This document shows, piece by piece, positions 25,336 through 38,289 of a stretch of DNA of 64,000 bases. This stretch comes from Felis catus. Its lineage: Eukaryota. A program made the translations under genes and the position numbers. Each line of letters starts with the position of its first letter. The stretch's first letter is position 1. The DNA is taken from NCBI RefSeq assembly GCF_018350175.1, contig NC_058368.1:159652001-159716000 (forward strand). Direction: 5' to 3'. Under the pieces are notes generated by a model, which made no database searches, had not been told where the DNA came from, and was given only the letters and a program-made list of their open reading frames with translations.

Positions 25336-27224
25336 GTAAAAATGAGTTAGTTGAAAAGGAAAAAATGAAACACTTCTTTCTGAATAAGTAAACATAAGCA
25401 CTAGAGGATATCTTCAAAGGAAATAATTCCGAACTCTGATTTCCCATCATAGTTAATATTGCCCTAAAAGAACAAAGAATTCTTTTCTAAATTGGGCATT
25501 TGGTCCTTCCTCTTTATTCACTTTTTTGGAAAGAAGGCAGAACATTCCAGCACGAAAGCATCTTTTCCATTTTATTCATATATTTAAAGGCAATAGTTCT
25601 TCAAGGATAGTTCCCAGAAAAGCAACACCACTATCTCCCAAGAAGTTGTTAGAATTACAGACTGTGGGCTTTGACTCTGTGTCTATGGGAACAGAAATCC
25701 TTGGGGTGGAGCATAGAGAACTGTGTGTATAAAGCCCTCCAAGCGATGGTAATGCCCCCTGAGGTTCAACAGCCCTTATTCTAGAGTTTCTGTTTCTCCC
25801 TGTGTAATTCACTTCGTCAGGGCTAAGTTGGCCTACACACTGGAGATAAAACAAAGGAAGAGCCAGAGTTGTAGAATTGATGTATAGTTTTGATTCTTCT
25901 CTATTGATACCTTCGGCCATGAAATAAGAAAATGAGAAAACAATACTTGTTATATTGGATATTCTATTATGTTTACAACACTACATATTGGAACATTATT
26001 GAAAATAACAAACATGTTCTGTGTAATCATTAGGATGCTTTCCAGACTGCAGGAAAGCTCTCTATGCAAGATAAAATAGGCCCCATTGTATGGAATGAAG
26101 TTTGTGACAACAATGTAAATTATCCCTGCCATCAAGCCCTTCTCAGGATTGCAACTGATGGGAACCCCTAGCATACCCATTTATAGTGTTCCACCTCTCC
26201 AGTGGTCGGCCTGTCTCCCCACTAAATAGTACATTTGGAAGACTAGTGACCATGTCTAAATGCTGTAAAACCCACTGCATCCTGTAATGACTTCTGGGTA
26301 CTCAGCATATGTGGGATGTCATGCTGATGCTGATTCTATAATCCCATCATTTGTGCACCAAGCTGGAAACCTAAACCAATGTGCCTAACTTTCCATGCAG
26401 TGCTTTGGCCCCTGGACATACCTCCAAGAGAATGTATAATATAGAATTATAGGCCCATCCTCATGTCAGAAGTTTAGGGACACATTCAGCTATTTGATGT
26501 TCATATAAGAGGCGTCCGAGACTAATGAAAATCAGGCACTATTCATAGTACTAAATAGTGTTAGACAAGGTTTGTGTTAAAGCATGACCAGCCTGCTCCC
26601 CTATTTCATTCTTTCAGGAACGAGGGTCTCTTAGGCTGTGCATAAACCACAGGCACCAGTCCTCAGTGTCTGGGAATTTTGTGATACTCTGCACAGACCT
26701 TCAAATGTGAGACCACTTGTGAAATGATGTTTACTTTCCTGCACATATCCTTCTGTTTTACCACAATCCATTGATGGGCAGACATAGCAGTTAATGAAGA
26801 CACTCAACATTGAAGGCAGATGTGAAGAGAGGGAAAAAGGAGAACTCAAGTATGAATCAATGAAAATGAAAATAATATACTCACAGGAAATAAGTAGATG
26901 AAACCGTAAGAGAAGGCATCAGGGAAAGGATAGCAAAGATAACGATGAACTGCTACACATGAGAGAATCCACTGTGAAGTTGCCCTTCCTTTACTCTTTA
27001 ATCCTCCAGCCTCCAAACACATTTCTGTGACTAGTTATGCTATGACCATCTATCCCATACCCTTGCAGAAAGCTGTCCTCACCTCCTAAACATCTTATCT
27101 GAAATCACAAACTGCCTATGGGAGAAATTACTATGTGTCTTTGCATATACATAAGTATGTATACATCTATCACCCACACACACTCACATGCACACTTACC
27201 ATAAAGTTTAAAGCACAATAATAG

Positions 27225-27448
27225 ATTAGGTAGAAATGAATTTGAATTCTAGTTCTGCAATTTTACTGTTTGATAGATGATGGGCAGCTAATCCATATAA
27301 ACCTCAGATCCTCCCTCTATAAATGGGATAAAAATTCCTCTATCAGTATTGATTTAAGGTTAAATTAGATAATGTATGCTTAAAGCTTTTCCCAGTTTCC
27401 AGCAGAAAGCCAGTACTCAATAAACAGTGGCCATTATTGTTATTATTA
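27225..27448 (+). mobile_element. MIR
   Basis: ttgaattctagttctgc...cctcag...ctataaatgggataa...ttaaattagataatgtatg...tactcaataaacagtggccattatt. Confidence 0.8.
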
Positions 27449-27831
27449 ATATTTATATTTTATAACCCTCTCTGTCCATCAAAATTTCTCCACTTACTTT
27501 TCTTGTATCCCACATTACAAACATTAAATCTTTAATTTACTAGTGCCAAGCTGTTGTTTACCATAAAAGTATAAAAAATAAATTCTTTATTATATTGCAC
27601 ATCTTTTATTTCAAGCCATCACTAAATATTAAACTATAAGAAATACATCATTATAAATCCCATATTTGACCCTCTTGCAATATCTCTATTATAGTTGGTG
27701 ATTTGATACTATTCTTCAGACAGCAACCTTCCTACAAATGAAAGATTAAAACTGGTTGAGAGATCATTTGTCTGTGAACAATGAAAAATAAATTGGGTGC
27801 ATTGGTTAGCTTCAAATGTAAACCAGAAGAG

Positions 27832-27834
<3 letters not shown>

Positions 27835-27879
<45 letters not shown>

Positions 27880-27915
27880 TCTGTTTGTGTGTCTATGTGT
27901 CTGTGTGTCTGTGAG
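27835..27915. repeat. (TG)n microsatellite with degenerate tail
   Basis: Pure TG run 27835-27878 followed by degenerate TG/GA units. Confidence 0.97.
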
Positions 27916-29289
27916 AGAGAGTGGGAGGAGAGAGAGCAAGAGAGAAATAAGAGGGAAAAGGAGACAGAGAAAGAGAGACTAAGAAAAAGGATCAGTGTCA
28001 TAAATAGCTGATACTTGGGTGGATTCAGTATAACAAATACAGCCAATTAGTAGAGTGGATAAAAATATAAATTGTATTTACTTCATTTCTGCAATAATAC
28101 TTGAAATAATTTTGCCTTAAACGTGTCTTCAAAGTGTTTCAAGTGTAGCAGCAGAAAAGCAAAGCAAAGGAAGAATTAGCATCTGAATGTTCCTGGCCTT
28201 TCTTCCCTCCCTTTCTTCAAGAGGGTCCTCATTTTGCCTGTACAGTTTCTCCCCCCATCTTGTGTCCACTGAGGACTGGATATGATAGGACATTACTGAG
28301 TGTTATGCATAAACTAGAGGCTGGGACGGGGTCGGGGGTGGGGAGGGTGTTAACAAAGGAATACTGGCTGCAGTAAAGAGAGAGGAGATTTAAAGGGACA
28401 GGGAGAAGGTTGGGAGGGGTATTTTTATCCAGAGCAAGGAGGTGGTAAATGCTATTGTTTTGAAGTAGAGAGAAGCAATGGAAACATCTATAAGAGATTA
28501 AGTAAGTGGAGATAAGAAGAAATGAATCTTCATGAAATATCACTAAGGATCACATGTCTTCCTCACAGTGTTTTGAGAAACTCAAAGCACACTGCAAAAG
28601 CAGGCAATTTGAAAATAAACCTATCTTTAAAAAAAATTGAGTTTCTCATCCTTCTAAAACTAGGCTTCAATGTGCTTCAGTGTGTTTGCGCAGTTTCAAT
28701 AACTTCCTTTATTTTCATTTGACTAATATGCAACTCCCCTATCTATCTCTGCTCGCTGAATTCTCCCAAATGTTTTCTCCATATTCGTCATCACTTCACC
28801 ATCCAACATGTGAGTGTACATTTCTCTTTTGCTGTTTTCTTGAAATCTATATCATCAGATAACTTGTAAGCAATTTCTTGCTAAATTGAACAATAAATTT
28901 AACATATACATGCATGTGCACATTTGCATTCATGCTTCTGAATGTGCATCCATGAATGATAAAGTAAATTGGCATATAGCCAAAAGTAGCCCCGGTCAAA
29001 TGTCAGGAAGTATTAATTAAGGATTATTCATTATTAAGAGAAGTCTCAGCACTTTCTAAGTAACAGAATTGCAAATGTGATTACTTGGTAAATATACCAA
29101 GCAAAAGCAGTAGCCCAGGAAAAGGTGGGTTGCAGGATCTTGGGATTTCATAAATTTTGCTTTGACAAAGGGAAGAAAAAGGCAGTAGAATCAGTCAATA
29201 CTATGACTTAGTAAATAGCATTCATTATACAGACTTAGTTAAGTCACTAGTAGAACATGGCCTGCAAAGAGACCCTCATATCCTGGGAG

Positions 29290-29291
<2 letters not shown>

Positions 29292-29330
<39 letters not shown>
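29292..29330. repeat. (TG)n microsatellite
   Basis: Directly visible. Confidence 0.98.
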
Positions 29331-29331
<1 letters not shown>

Positions 29332-29510
29332 TCAACAGATTATAGGATAACATTCTGATTGAGTCCTGTCTTTATTAACTAGGCAAATTATACAACGTTA
29401 TTAAATGTGTTAATAAAATTAACTTTGGATGATTGTTCTAAAGATTAAATTTGGTAATATTTGTATAAAAACCTTGATACATTAATTGCACATAGAAAGC
29501 AAAAAAAAAT

Positions 29511-29760
29511 ATCAACAACAAACACTTGCATAGCATCAACTCTATGTTGCATATAGTTCTATGAGCATTTGTATACATTAGCATATCAAATCCTATGAGG
29601 TAGTTACATATGAGACAGGCACCATTTTCATTCGCCTTCATTTAACAGGTGGGAACAGAGGCATGGGGAGGTTAAGTAACTCCTCCAAAGCGATATAGTT
29701 AAAATACGTTAGAGCTGGGATTAAAACCCAGATCCATTGGTTCCAATATCAGTGTAGTAG
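29511..29760 (-). mobile_element. MIR (near full length)
   Basis: aacacttgcatagca...cctatgaggtag...acaggtgggaacagaggcatgggg...ggttaagtaac...agagctgggattaaaacccag. Confidence 0.85.
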
Positions 29761-30148
29761 ATTATCTTCTTAACAATAACAGTTTTTCCTTAATCATTGT
29801 TAATCTTCATCATTAACATGTGAAAGAAAAGGCATATGTTAAATAGGAGCTGATTTCATAAACCATGCAGCTATAATCATACTGAATCTTGCACCAGACT
29901 GCCTATCAGCACACCCGCCTATTTTTCTTTATGATGGCCCCATAAACTACTAGTGTGGCGTGCTGAATAAAATGTAGATTTGAAGCAGTAAAGTGCAAGA
30001 CAAACAAAATGAAAGACCTTACCAAAGTTTTAAAGTTTCTTTTGAGACACATAAATAACTGCATTTTTTGTGCTTCTGAAAGTTGTAGTTAATAGTATTT
30101 GAGCCATTGACACCCAAGATATCTTTTGTTAAAAACAGCGTCACAGAG

Positions 30149-30272
30149 TAGGGTTGACAGATTTCGCAGATAAAAAATGTAATGTTTGCAATGTACTTAT
30201 ACTAAAAAATGTTCATTACTTATCTGAAATTCAAATTTTACTGGATTCTCTGTATTTTATCTAACAACCCTA
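30149..30272. mobile_element. MER53 hAT MITE with internal deletion
   Basis: TIRs tagggttg...caacccta; right arm tacttatactaaaaaa...ttatctgaaattcaaattt...ctgtattttatct is intact, left arm is shortened. Confidence 0.85.
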
Positions 30273-31550
30273 GAGTCAGAATGCTTGTAATTTAAGCTTT
30301 GGAGACTGGTATTTCTGGTGTTTATGAATTCTACCAGTTATTAGAAATTTGGGAAAAAAGTCTATGAGTCTGTCCTAAAACAAAACAGAAACAAACAAAA
30401 CCTTACATCATATGTATTTTAATAAAAGACACTTTCTCCCTATTTTAAAAATAGAAATCAGAAACTAAGAAGAGAATTAGTATGATCAGTAAAGCTTTAT
30501 ACTTCTTTAATGCTTCTTCAAAAATGAGTTCAATGTGCTAGAGTAAAAGATAGATTTTCAAACTCCTACCCATGAAGTTGTCTCAACTTGACTAGACCTT
30601 TCTGGACATTAAATTAAACCTTCTCAGTTCCATGACAGTCAATTTCTCATTCTGGAGATAGTGAAAACAAGTAAACAACAACAAATAAAACCTTCACATA
30701 TATAAAAATATTTCCATGGAGCAGTACTGTAGACCATGCAGTAATATAAATCACTGAGAAATTTGCCTAAATTTGTCCTTGGGAGGGAAGAGGGAGGAGA
30801 AAACGGATAGCAGGATGGAAAATCTCAATTTGGTCAATAAAAACAGAACAGCATTGAGTGTCATATTTTCATTGAAGCAAATAAAAACTAAGCAGAATGT
30901 CAACCTATGCATCTCAAACACAGTTTTCTGAGTTTATTTATGATACAGAGCAGGTTGGGTATATCCATTTTTCACCAGTGAAGATCTGTCATTGGCCAAA
31001 GCAACCGCAAGCCCAAACTCCCGTCATTGTGTGGCTGTCCTTGCAGCACAGACATCATCTTTTTCAAAGCACAAGGGAGGCACAGTTTGTATTGCACGTC
31101 AGGCAGCTGTTCTGTGAAGAGAGAGTCTCCTGCTGATAAACAACACAAAGCCTTGGCTGTGCCCTTGCAGGTGCTTATGTGCTAGCAGGGAGAAATTTCT
31201 TATTTTTAATTGTGCAATAGTGGGCTTAATGTTAACCTGGTGCAGCACCAGAAAGTTTTACATGTTGACCATGAAAGGAAAGAACCATGTCTTCACAACA
31301 CAATTTGTTTTGCATTCTTACCATTGTTAATGATATTCACAATATATAATCTATTCTGAAATTGTTTCCAGGCTTCTTCTTTTTTAGAATCTTAGTGGAA
31401 CATGTCTGGCAGCATAAGCAATCATAAATTATTATAACCATTTTGAGCAATGATTGGTGTTGCAATATTAGTAGTCAAATATTTATGATACTGTATTGGA
31501 AAAATTGATTTATTTAAGTTTATCCAAATAATTGACTTGGAAAAAAAGGA

Positions 31551-31749
31551 GAAGCGCCTGGGTGGCTCAGTCAGTTAGGTGTCCAGCTCTTGGTTTCAGC
31601 TCAGGTCATGATCTCAGGGTTCATGGGATTGAGCCTGTGCTGATGGCGCGGAGCCTGCTTGGGATTTTCTCTCTCTTTCCCTCTCTCTGCACCTCCCCCG
31701 CTCACTCTCTCTAAATAAATAAATAAATAAATAAATAAACATTTTTAAA
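31551..31749 (+). mobile_element. Can-SINE with (TAAA)n tail
   Basis: gcgcctgggtggctcagtcagtt...ggagcctgcttgggatt...(taaa)n; short internal deletion after gagcc. Confidence 0.95.
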
Positions 31750-31827
31750 GAATGAAATTTTCTTCCAGAAAGGCAATGTAATGAAAGAAGCATTTGAAAT
31801 TCAGGTTTTTATTTATTTTCACACAGT

Positions 31828-33174
31828 TAATGACACCAAATGCAAAGGCAACAAAAGCAAAAACAAACAAGTGGGACTACATCAAACCAAAAAGTTTCTA
31901 CACAGCAAAGAAACTATCAACAAAGAAAAAGGCAAACTACAGAATGGGAGAAAATATTTGCAAATCATGTATCTGATAAGAGCTTAATATCCAATATATA
32001 TAAAGAACTCCTACAACTCAATAGCGAAACACCAAACAATTTAATTTCAAAATGGCAGAGGAACTCAATAAACATGTTTCCAAAGAAGACATACAAGTGC
32101 CCAACAGGTACAGGAAAGGCTGTTCAACGTCACTAATCATCAGTGAAATGCAAACTGAAACCACAATGAGATATCACCTCCCACCTGCTAGAATGGCTAA
32201 TATCAAAAAGTCAGAGGTAATACATGTTGGCAAGGTTGTGGAAAAAAAGGAACTCTTGTGCACTGTTGGTGGGGATGTAGATTGATGTGGCCACTATAGA
32301 GAAGAGTATGGAGTTTCCTCAAAAATTTAAGAATAGAACTACCATATGTCCAGCAATCTCAATTCTGATTATATATCCAAAAGAAATGAAAACAAGATCT
32401 GAAAAAGTCATCTGTACTGCCACATTTTGCAGCATTATTCACAAAAACTAAGATATGTAAATAAACTGTGTCCACCAGTGGATGAACCAATAAAGAAGAT
32501 ATGGCATGTGTGTGTGTGTGTGTGTGTATACATATACAGCTATATATATGCTATATATATATAGTATATATATATATATAGTATATATAGTATTTATAGT
32601 ATATATATAGTATATACTATATAGTATATATATATAATATATACTATATATATATATTATCCAAACATGAGAAAGAAGGAAATCCTACCATTTGCAACAA
32701 CTTGGATGAAACTTGAAGGCGTCATGCTAAGTGAAATAAGTCATACAGAGAAAGACAGATACTGTATGAAATCAATGATAAGTGAAATCTAAAAAAGGCA
32801 AACTCTTAGCAACAGAGAGCAGAATGGTGGTTACCAGGGGCTGGGGTTGGGGGGTGGGGGTGAAGAAATGTAAAAGATGTTAGTCAAAGGGTACAAACTT
32901 TCAGGTATAAGAGAAATATATTCTGGGGATCTATTGTACAACATGATGATCATAGCTAAAATACCATACTATATACTTGAAAGTTGCCAAGTGAGTCATG
33001 TTCAATGTTTCCAGCACAAAAAGGAAGTGGTAATTATGTGACATGATAGAAGTTTTAGGTAAGGCTATGGTGGTAATTCATTCTGCAATATATGAGTAAA
33101 TCAAATCAACACAATATATACCTTAAACTTACACAACGTTACATGTCAACTGTACTTAGATAAAGCTGGAAAAA
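31828..33174 (+). mobile_element. 5'-truncated L1 (L1MA9-like 3' end)
   Basis: ORF2 C-terminal remnants ([32 protein letters not shown]) and 3'UTR ending accttaaacttacacaacgttacatgtcaac...taaagctggaaaaa. Confidence 0.95.
32506..32658. repeat. (TG)n/(TA)n/(TAG) compound microsatellite inside L1
   Basis: Directly visible. Confidence 0.95.
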
Positions 33175-33418
33175 TTACAGTATTGTAGTGTTACAGCAAA
33201 TAACATGAAACTCTTATAAAACTATAATATATATTCTTTATGGCATATATAGTTATAGAGCAAAATCATACAAATTTGCAAGAAAACAGTAAGCATAAAA
33301 TACATGGTGGCAATTAAATCTGGGGAGATAGGGAGAAGAATGGGTTTGGAAAGGAATATTCTAGAGCCTCAAATGTATCTGCAATTTTTAACCCTATAAA
33401 CAAAGATACAAGATATAT

Positions 33419-33642
33419 GGGGCGCCTGGGTGGCGCAGTCGGTTAAGCGTCCGACTTCAGCCAGGTCACGATCTCGCGGTCCGCGAGTTCGAGCCCCGCG
33501 TCGGGCTCTGGGCTGATGGCTCAGAGCCTGGAGCCTGTTTTCCGATTCTGTGTCTCCCTCTCTCTCTGCCCCTCCCCCGTTCATGCTCTGTCTCTCTCTG
33601 TCCCAAAAATAAATAAACGTTGAAAAAAAAATTTAAAAAAAA
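33419..33642 (+). mobile_element. Very young felid Can-SINE
   Basis: ggggcgcctgggtggcgcagtcggttaagcgtccgacttcagccaggtcacgatctcgcgg...; 17 intact CpGs counted; probable TSD aagatata at 33410-33417 and 33643-33650. Confidence 0.98.
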
Positions 33643-33645
33643 AAG

Positions 33646-33649
<4 letters not shown>

Positions 33650-33685
<36 letters not shown>

Positions 33686-33688
33686 TAA
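33650..33688. repeat. (AAT)n microsatellite
   Basis: Directly visible, immediately after the SINE TSD. Confidence 0.97.
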
Positions 33689-33964
33689 CTAAATAAGAAA
33701 AAAGCAATAAAGAGCTTAAGAATTTAAAATCATTGCCCAAAAGCAGCAGGAAAGATGTAGTGAGAGAGAAGAAAGCTGGTGAGAGAATATTTTTTATAAT
33801 AAACTGTATGGAACTATTCACCTTGAAACTATGCTTATATAAAACTATGATAAAATAAAAATACATTTTTTAAAAAAGCAATTAACTCTTTAAGACATAC
33901 TTAATGGTCAATGGCCCATGTCCACTATGTACTAGGAGTCTCCAGATATCTTACGACTCTTTTC

Positions 33965-34195
33965 TTTTTTTTTTTTTAATTAAAAAAAATTTTATGTTTA
34001 GTTTTGAGAGAGAGAGACAGAGACAAAGCACAAGTGGGGTAGGGGAAGAGAGAGACAGAGTCACAGAATCCAAACCAGGCTTCAGGCTCTGAACTGTCAG
34101 CACAGAACTGATGCAGCACTCGAACTCAGAAGCCGTGAGATCATGACCTGAGTCAAAGTCGGCCACTTAACTGACTGAGCCACCTAGGTACTCCC
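33965..34195 (-). mobile_element. Can-SINE
   Basis: Typical body; TSD core actcttttc at 33956-33964 and 34201-34209. Confidence 0.95.
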
Positions 34196-34287
34196 TTTCT
34201 ACTCTTTTCATAGTAAAGGACCTCATAGGTTAGGGTTGGTGTTTTTTTTTTTTGTTTTGTTTTGTTTTTTTTTTTGGTGGGGGAGAG

Positions 34288-34485
34288 TTTTTTTTTTCTT
34301 TCAGAGAGAAAGAGAGAGTACGTGCATGAACAGGGGAGAAGGGCAGAGGGACAGAGAGAGAATCTTAAGCAGGCTCTACCCTCAGCACAGAGCTCAATGC
34401 GGGTCTTGATCCCATGATCCTGAGATCATGACCTGAGCTGAAATCGAGAGTCAGATGCTCAGCCAACTGAGCCACCCAGATGCCC
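34288..34485 (-). mobile_element. Can-SINE (older type)
   Basis: gagagagaatcttaagcaggctct...gagatcatgacctgagctgaaatcgagagtcagatgctc...gagccacccagatgccc. Confidence 0.95.
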
Positions 34486-34707
34486 AAGAACTTCATAGTT
34501 TTGACTGTGAACTCACAAATCTTATATTTAACAGCAGAGTACACAACATCTCTCACCTGTAAGAGAGGACACAGAGCTGAGGGTTTGAGTATAACATCTG
34601 TTTGATAAACAAAATTTCCTATTTTTCAATGTATATGATAAATTTCTTGTGTCTCTGTCAGACTGGATTATAACTTTTGTGAGGATTAAAGCGGTATCTA
34701 TCCTATT

Positions 34708-34922
34708 TTTTTGCAATTTAAGTTTATTTATTTACTTTGAGAGAGAGACAGAGCGAGAGAACAGGGGAAGGCAGAGACAGGGAGAGAGAGAATCCCAAGC
34801 AGGCTGTGTACTATTAGTGTTCAGCTGGACACCGGGCCAAACCCACAAACTGTGAGTTCATGACCTGAGCCAAAACTGAGAAAGAGTTGTATGCCCAACC
34901 AACTGAACCACCCAGGTGCCCC
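34708..34922 (-). mobile_element. Can-SINE
   Basis: Typical body; TSD tatcctatt at 34699-34707 and 34923-34931. Confidence 0.95.
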
Positions 34923-35769
34923 TATCCTATTCTTTATTATATTTCCAGCACCAAACATGGCAAGGTACATAATAGGCATTGGAATTAATTAATAAACATG
35001 TATTTGTTTAACACAGGTAGAGGATAAATATGGCAAATAAAATAGCCATCTTCACTAGAGAAAGAATGATAGCTTGATTCCATCTATATTAGTGACCAGG
35101 TCAATATTTGGTATCACCAAATGGATATGGGCATGATTATTCAGCCTAAGCAGCCCTGTTTAAAAACATACTGTTATTCTTAAGTAAGAGTTAATTTTAA
35201 AATTTTAGTGGAAGTATAACAACATATTCTACTTTATGGTCAATATTATGTTATCAGTAATTCTTAGATCAGATATAATAACACTTCTTTTTCCATCATT
35301 TGTTAAACCTCCTTTGGTTAAGTTCAAAGCAAAACATTTTAGATATTTGCAAGAGAAGGAAAAACGTTCCTCAACCTTTGTGTCTCAGTTAAAACCATGG
35401 TAATCCAATATGTATACATGCATCTGTTCTCCCATTTGACAATGAAGGACTATTTTAGAGATTGTATAAAACATAGATAGTTACTAAGACAGAATAACTG
35501 CTTTCTGGGGGATGTCTTACAGTTACATGTCTCCATTTAGGCACAGAATTGAAACAATTACCCGTTTACTTCAGGGCCACAGTTTCTACTGGCTGTGGCA
35601 TTTTGTAGCTCCTTCCCTTCAACTTAACTGAAAGTGTTGATGACTCTTAAATACAAGAATGCACTCAATGAGACTACATTCACCTTGAAGTTGACTGTGC
35701 TTTAAAAAAAAAAAAAAAACAAGGTTCTAAATGAAGTAAAATATGCATTTTAAAAATGCACGCGTTCTA

Positions 35770-36026
35770 GGGGCGCCTGGGTGGCTCAGTCGGTTAAGCG
35801 TCCCACATCCGCTCAGTTCATGATCTCTCGGTTGGTGAGTTCGAGCCCTGTGTCTTTGAGCCCTGTGTCTTTGAGCCCTGTGTCTTCGAGCCCTGTGTCA
35901 GGCTCTGTGCTGTCAGCTCAGAGCCTGCAGCTTGCTTCAGATTCTGTGTCTCCCTCTCTCTCTGCTCCTCCCCCATTTGTGCTCTGTCTCTTTCTCTCAA
36001 AGATAAAGAAACATTAAAAAAAATTT
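35770..36026 (+). mobile_element. Can-SINE with internal 4x15-bp tandem repeat
   Basis: TSD aaatgcacgcgttcta (35754-35769) / aagtgcacacattcta (36027-36042); unit tt(c/t)gagccctgtgtc x4 at 35840-35899. Confidence 0.97.
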
Positions 36027-37611
36027 AAGTGCACACATTCTAAATGTATAACTTGAATTTTCACAAAGTGAAAACATCCAGCATCTAAATCAAGAAATAG
36101 AACATTACCAGCTTCCCAACAGCTTTCCTAGTAATGCCCTGTAAACACCCACTCCCCACCCCAGGAGAGAGCCATTCTAAATTCTAACATTAGTGATGAG
36201 TTTAGCCTGTTTATGAACTTTTATGTTTATGTGAATGAAATCACACAGTGTTCTTTTGTGTCTGTCTGTCTTCTTTTGCTCAGCATAATGCTTATGAGAA
36301 TCATCAGTGTTCTTTCATGGAATCATCATTTGTTATGAAATGTTGCATCTTCATGATGATTTACTTTGAAATATTTCCTATTTTTTATCATTGTGCTATA
36401 TTTATAAGTATATGAGTATATGGCTTATATTTCAAGCAGTTCGTGATTTTCTAGTTTATTTCTTATTACTGATATCTAGGTTAATTCCACTGAGGTAAAA
36501 ATACATACTCCTAATTATTTCAATCTTTTGAAATTTGCTTCATGACTTATCACATGGTCAATTTTTGTAAATATTATATTTTCACTTGGAAGGTATTTTT
36601 ATTCTGTTCTTATTAGGTAGTCTTCTACGCTACGTCAAAAAGATCCATTGTGTTCATCGGCTTTCAGATCTAAATCTTTATGGATTTTATTTTCATTTAT
36701 TTTATTACATATCTAGAGAGTTGCTTTAGTCCCCAAGGATGGTTGTGGATTTCTCTATGTCTCTCTTTAGCTCTGTAAATGTGTGTTTTATGTATGTTGA
36801 AGCTATAAAATTGGATGAGTAAAGATTTAGGGCCTTATACCTTTCTGTATATCTTGTACGTTCCTTTTACCCTTTTGTCACTTGTAAATGTCCCACTTTA
36901 TCTCTACAAATGCATTTTTATTAATGCTTACTTTGTCTTATATTAGTACACAATTTTTTTTGTTATTGATTGCAAAGTACATCTAGTTCCTTTGTTTTAT
37001 TTTTAAGCAATTCTGTCCTTATATTTATGGTTTATCTATTATAAAAAGCATATAGATAAGTTCCTCTGTTTGTTTAACTAGTCTGATAATCTTACTTAGT
37101 CTTCTACTTGGAGAATTGAGTCCATTTACCTGTAATGACATTGCCACATGATTATCTTTATATCTTGCTCATTTTCCATTTAATTCGAGTGTTTTTATAT
37201 ATCACCTTCCTCTCTGTTATTGCCTCTATTTGGATTAATCAAAAATTATACATTTTATCCATATTAAGTCAATTTTGCATTATTTATAAATTCTTTGGGT
37301 GATTACAGGCCAAAATACATCAGTACCATTGACTGATTTTCAAGTTATTACAATTTTTTTGGCTTTCCTGATAATCCTAATATCTTCAACAGTTTAATTA
37401 TATTTATTCCTCCCATATTTTGTTGTTACTCTCATGCATTTTAATTGTACATATTTTTTAAATACCAAAGACATTCTTATCATTTTGAACAATCAATATT
37501 CAATTATATTTATCCATCTATTCATTATTTCCTGGGCTCCTATACCTTCCATTCCCATGTTTCTGTCTAAAATAATTTCCTTTCTGCATAAAGAACTTCT
37601 GTTTATACTTC

Positions 37612-37644
37612 TTTTTTTTTAATTTTTTTTAATGTTCATTTATT

Positions 37645-37685
<41 letters not shown>

Positions 37686-37849
37686 AAGTGGGGGAGGGGC
37701 AGAGACAGAGGGAGACACAGAACCTGAAGCAGTCTGCAGGCTCTGAGCTGACAGCACAGAGCCTGACACAGGGCTTGAACTCACGGACCGTGAGATAATG
37801 ACCTGAGCTGAAGATGGACACTCAGCCAGCTGAGCCACCCAGGCACCCC
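37612..37849 (-). mobile_element. Can-SINE with expanded (GA)n
   Basis: Complete body and head ...gagccacccaggcacccc; flanks share ata(c/t)ttctttt. Confidence 0.96.
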
Positions 37850-38057
37850 AGATATTTCTTTTAAGACATGCCTGCTAATGACTAATTTTCTCAAGCTTAA
37901 CTTCTAAAAAATATTTTTATTTTTGAAGATATTTTCCCTAGGATAGAATTCTGGGTTGGAAATTTTGCTTGTTTGATTTATTCTTTAAGCACTTTAGAGC
38001 TGTCACTCCTGTATCTCCTGTTTCTCTTGTTATTTTTGCTCTTTTGAAGATCTGATC

Positions 38058-38259
38058 TTTTTTTTCTTAACGTTTATGTATTATTGAGAGACAGAGAGAG
38101 ACAGAGCATGAGCATGGGAGGGTAAGAGGGGGAAGGAGACACAGAATCAGAAGCAGGCTCCAGGCCCTGAGCTGTCAGCACAGAGCCCGACACAGGGCTT
38201 GAACTCACAAACTGGGAGAACATGACCCGAGCCGAAGTCAGACACTCAACCAACTAAGC
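38058..38259 (-). mobile_element. Can-SINE missing its head, fused to L1
   Basis: Body ends ...cactcaaccaactaagc and continues directly into L1 sequence aagattttcattc. Confidence 0.93.
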
Positions 38260-38289
38260 AAGATTTTCATTCTTTGTTATGGCTGAATA

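Larger units (their letters stand above)
35725..38057 (-). mobile_element. Old L1M (L1ME-like 3' end plus further old L1M sequence), interrupted by SINEs
   Basis: atcaagaaatagaacattaccag, cttttgctcagcataatgcttatgaga and tcaatcttttgaaatttg...catggtcaatttttgtaaat match old L1M blocks; L1M-like T-rich sequence probably resumes at ~42540-43330. Confidence 0.7.

Noticed and set aside
33419..33600. CpG island or promoter
   Set aside because: The CpG density is confined to a young SINE of ~200 bp.
35840..35899. CRISPR-like array (also considered for 2162-2275)
   Set aside because: Repeats are head-to-tail with no unique spacers, in a mammalian context.
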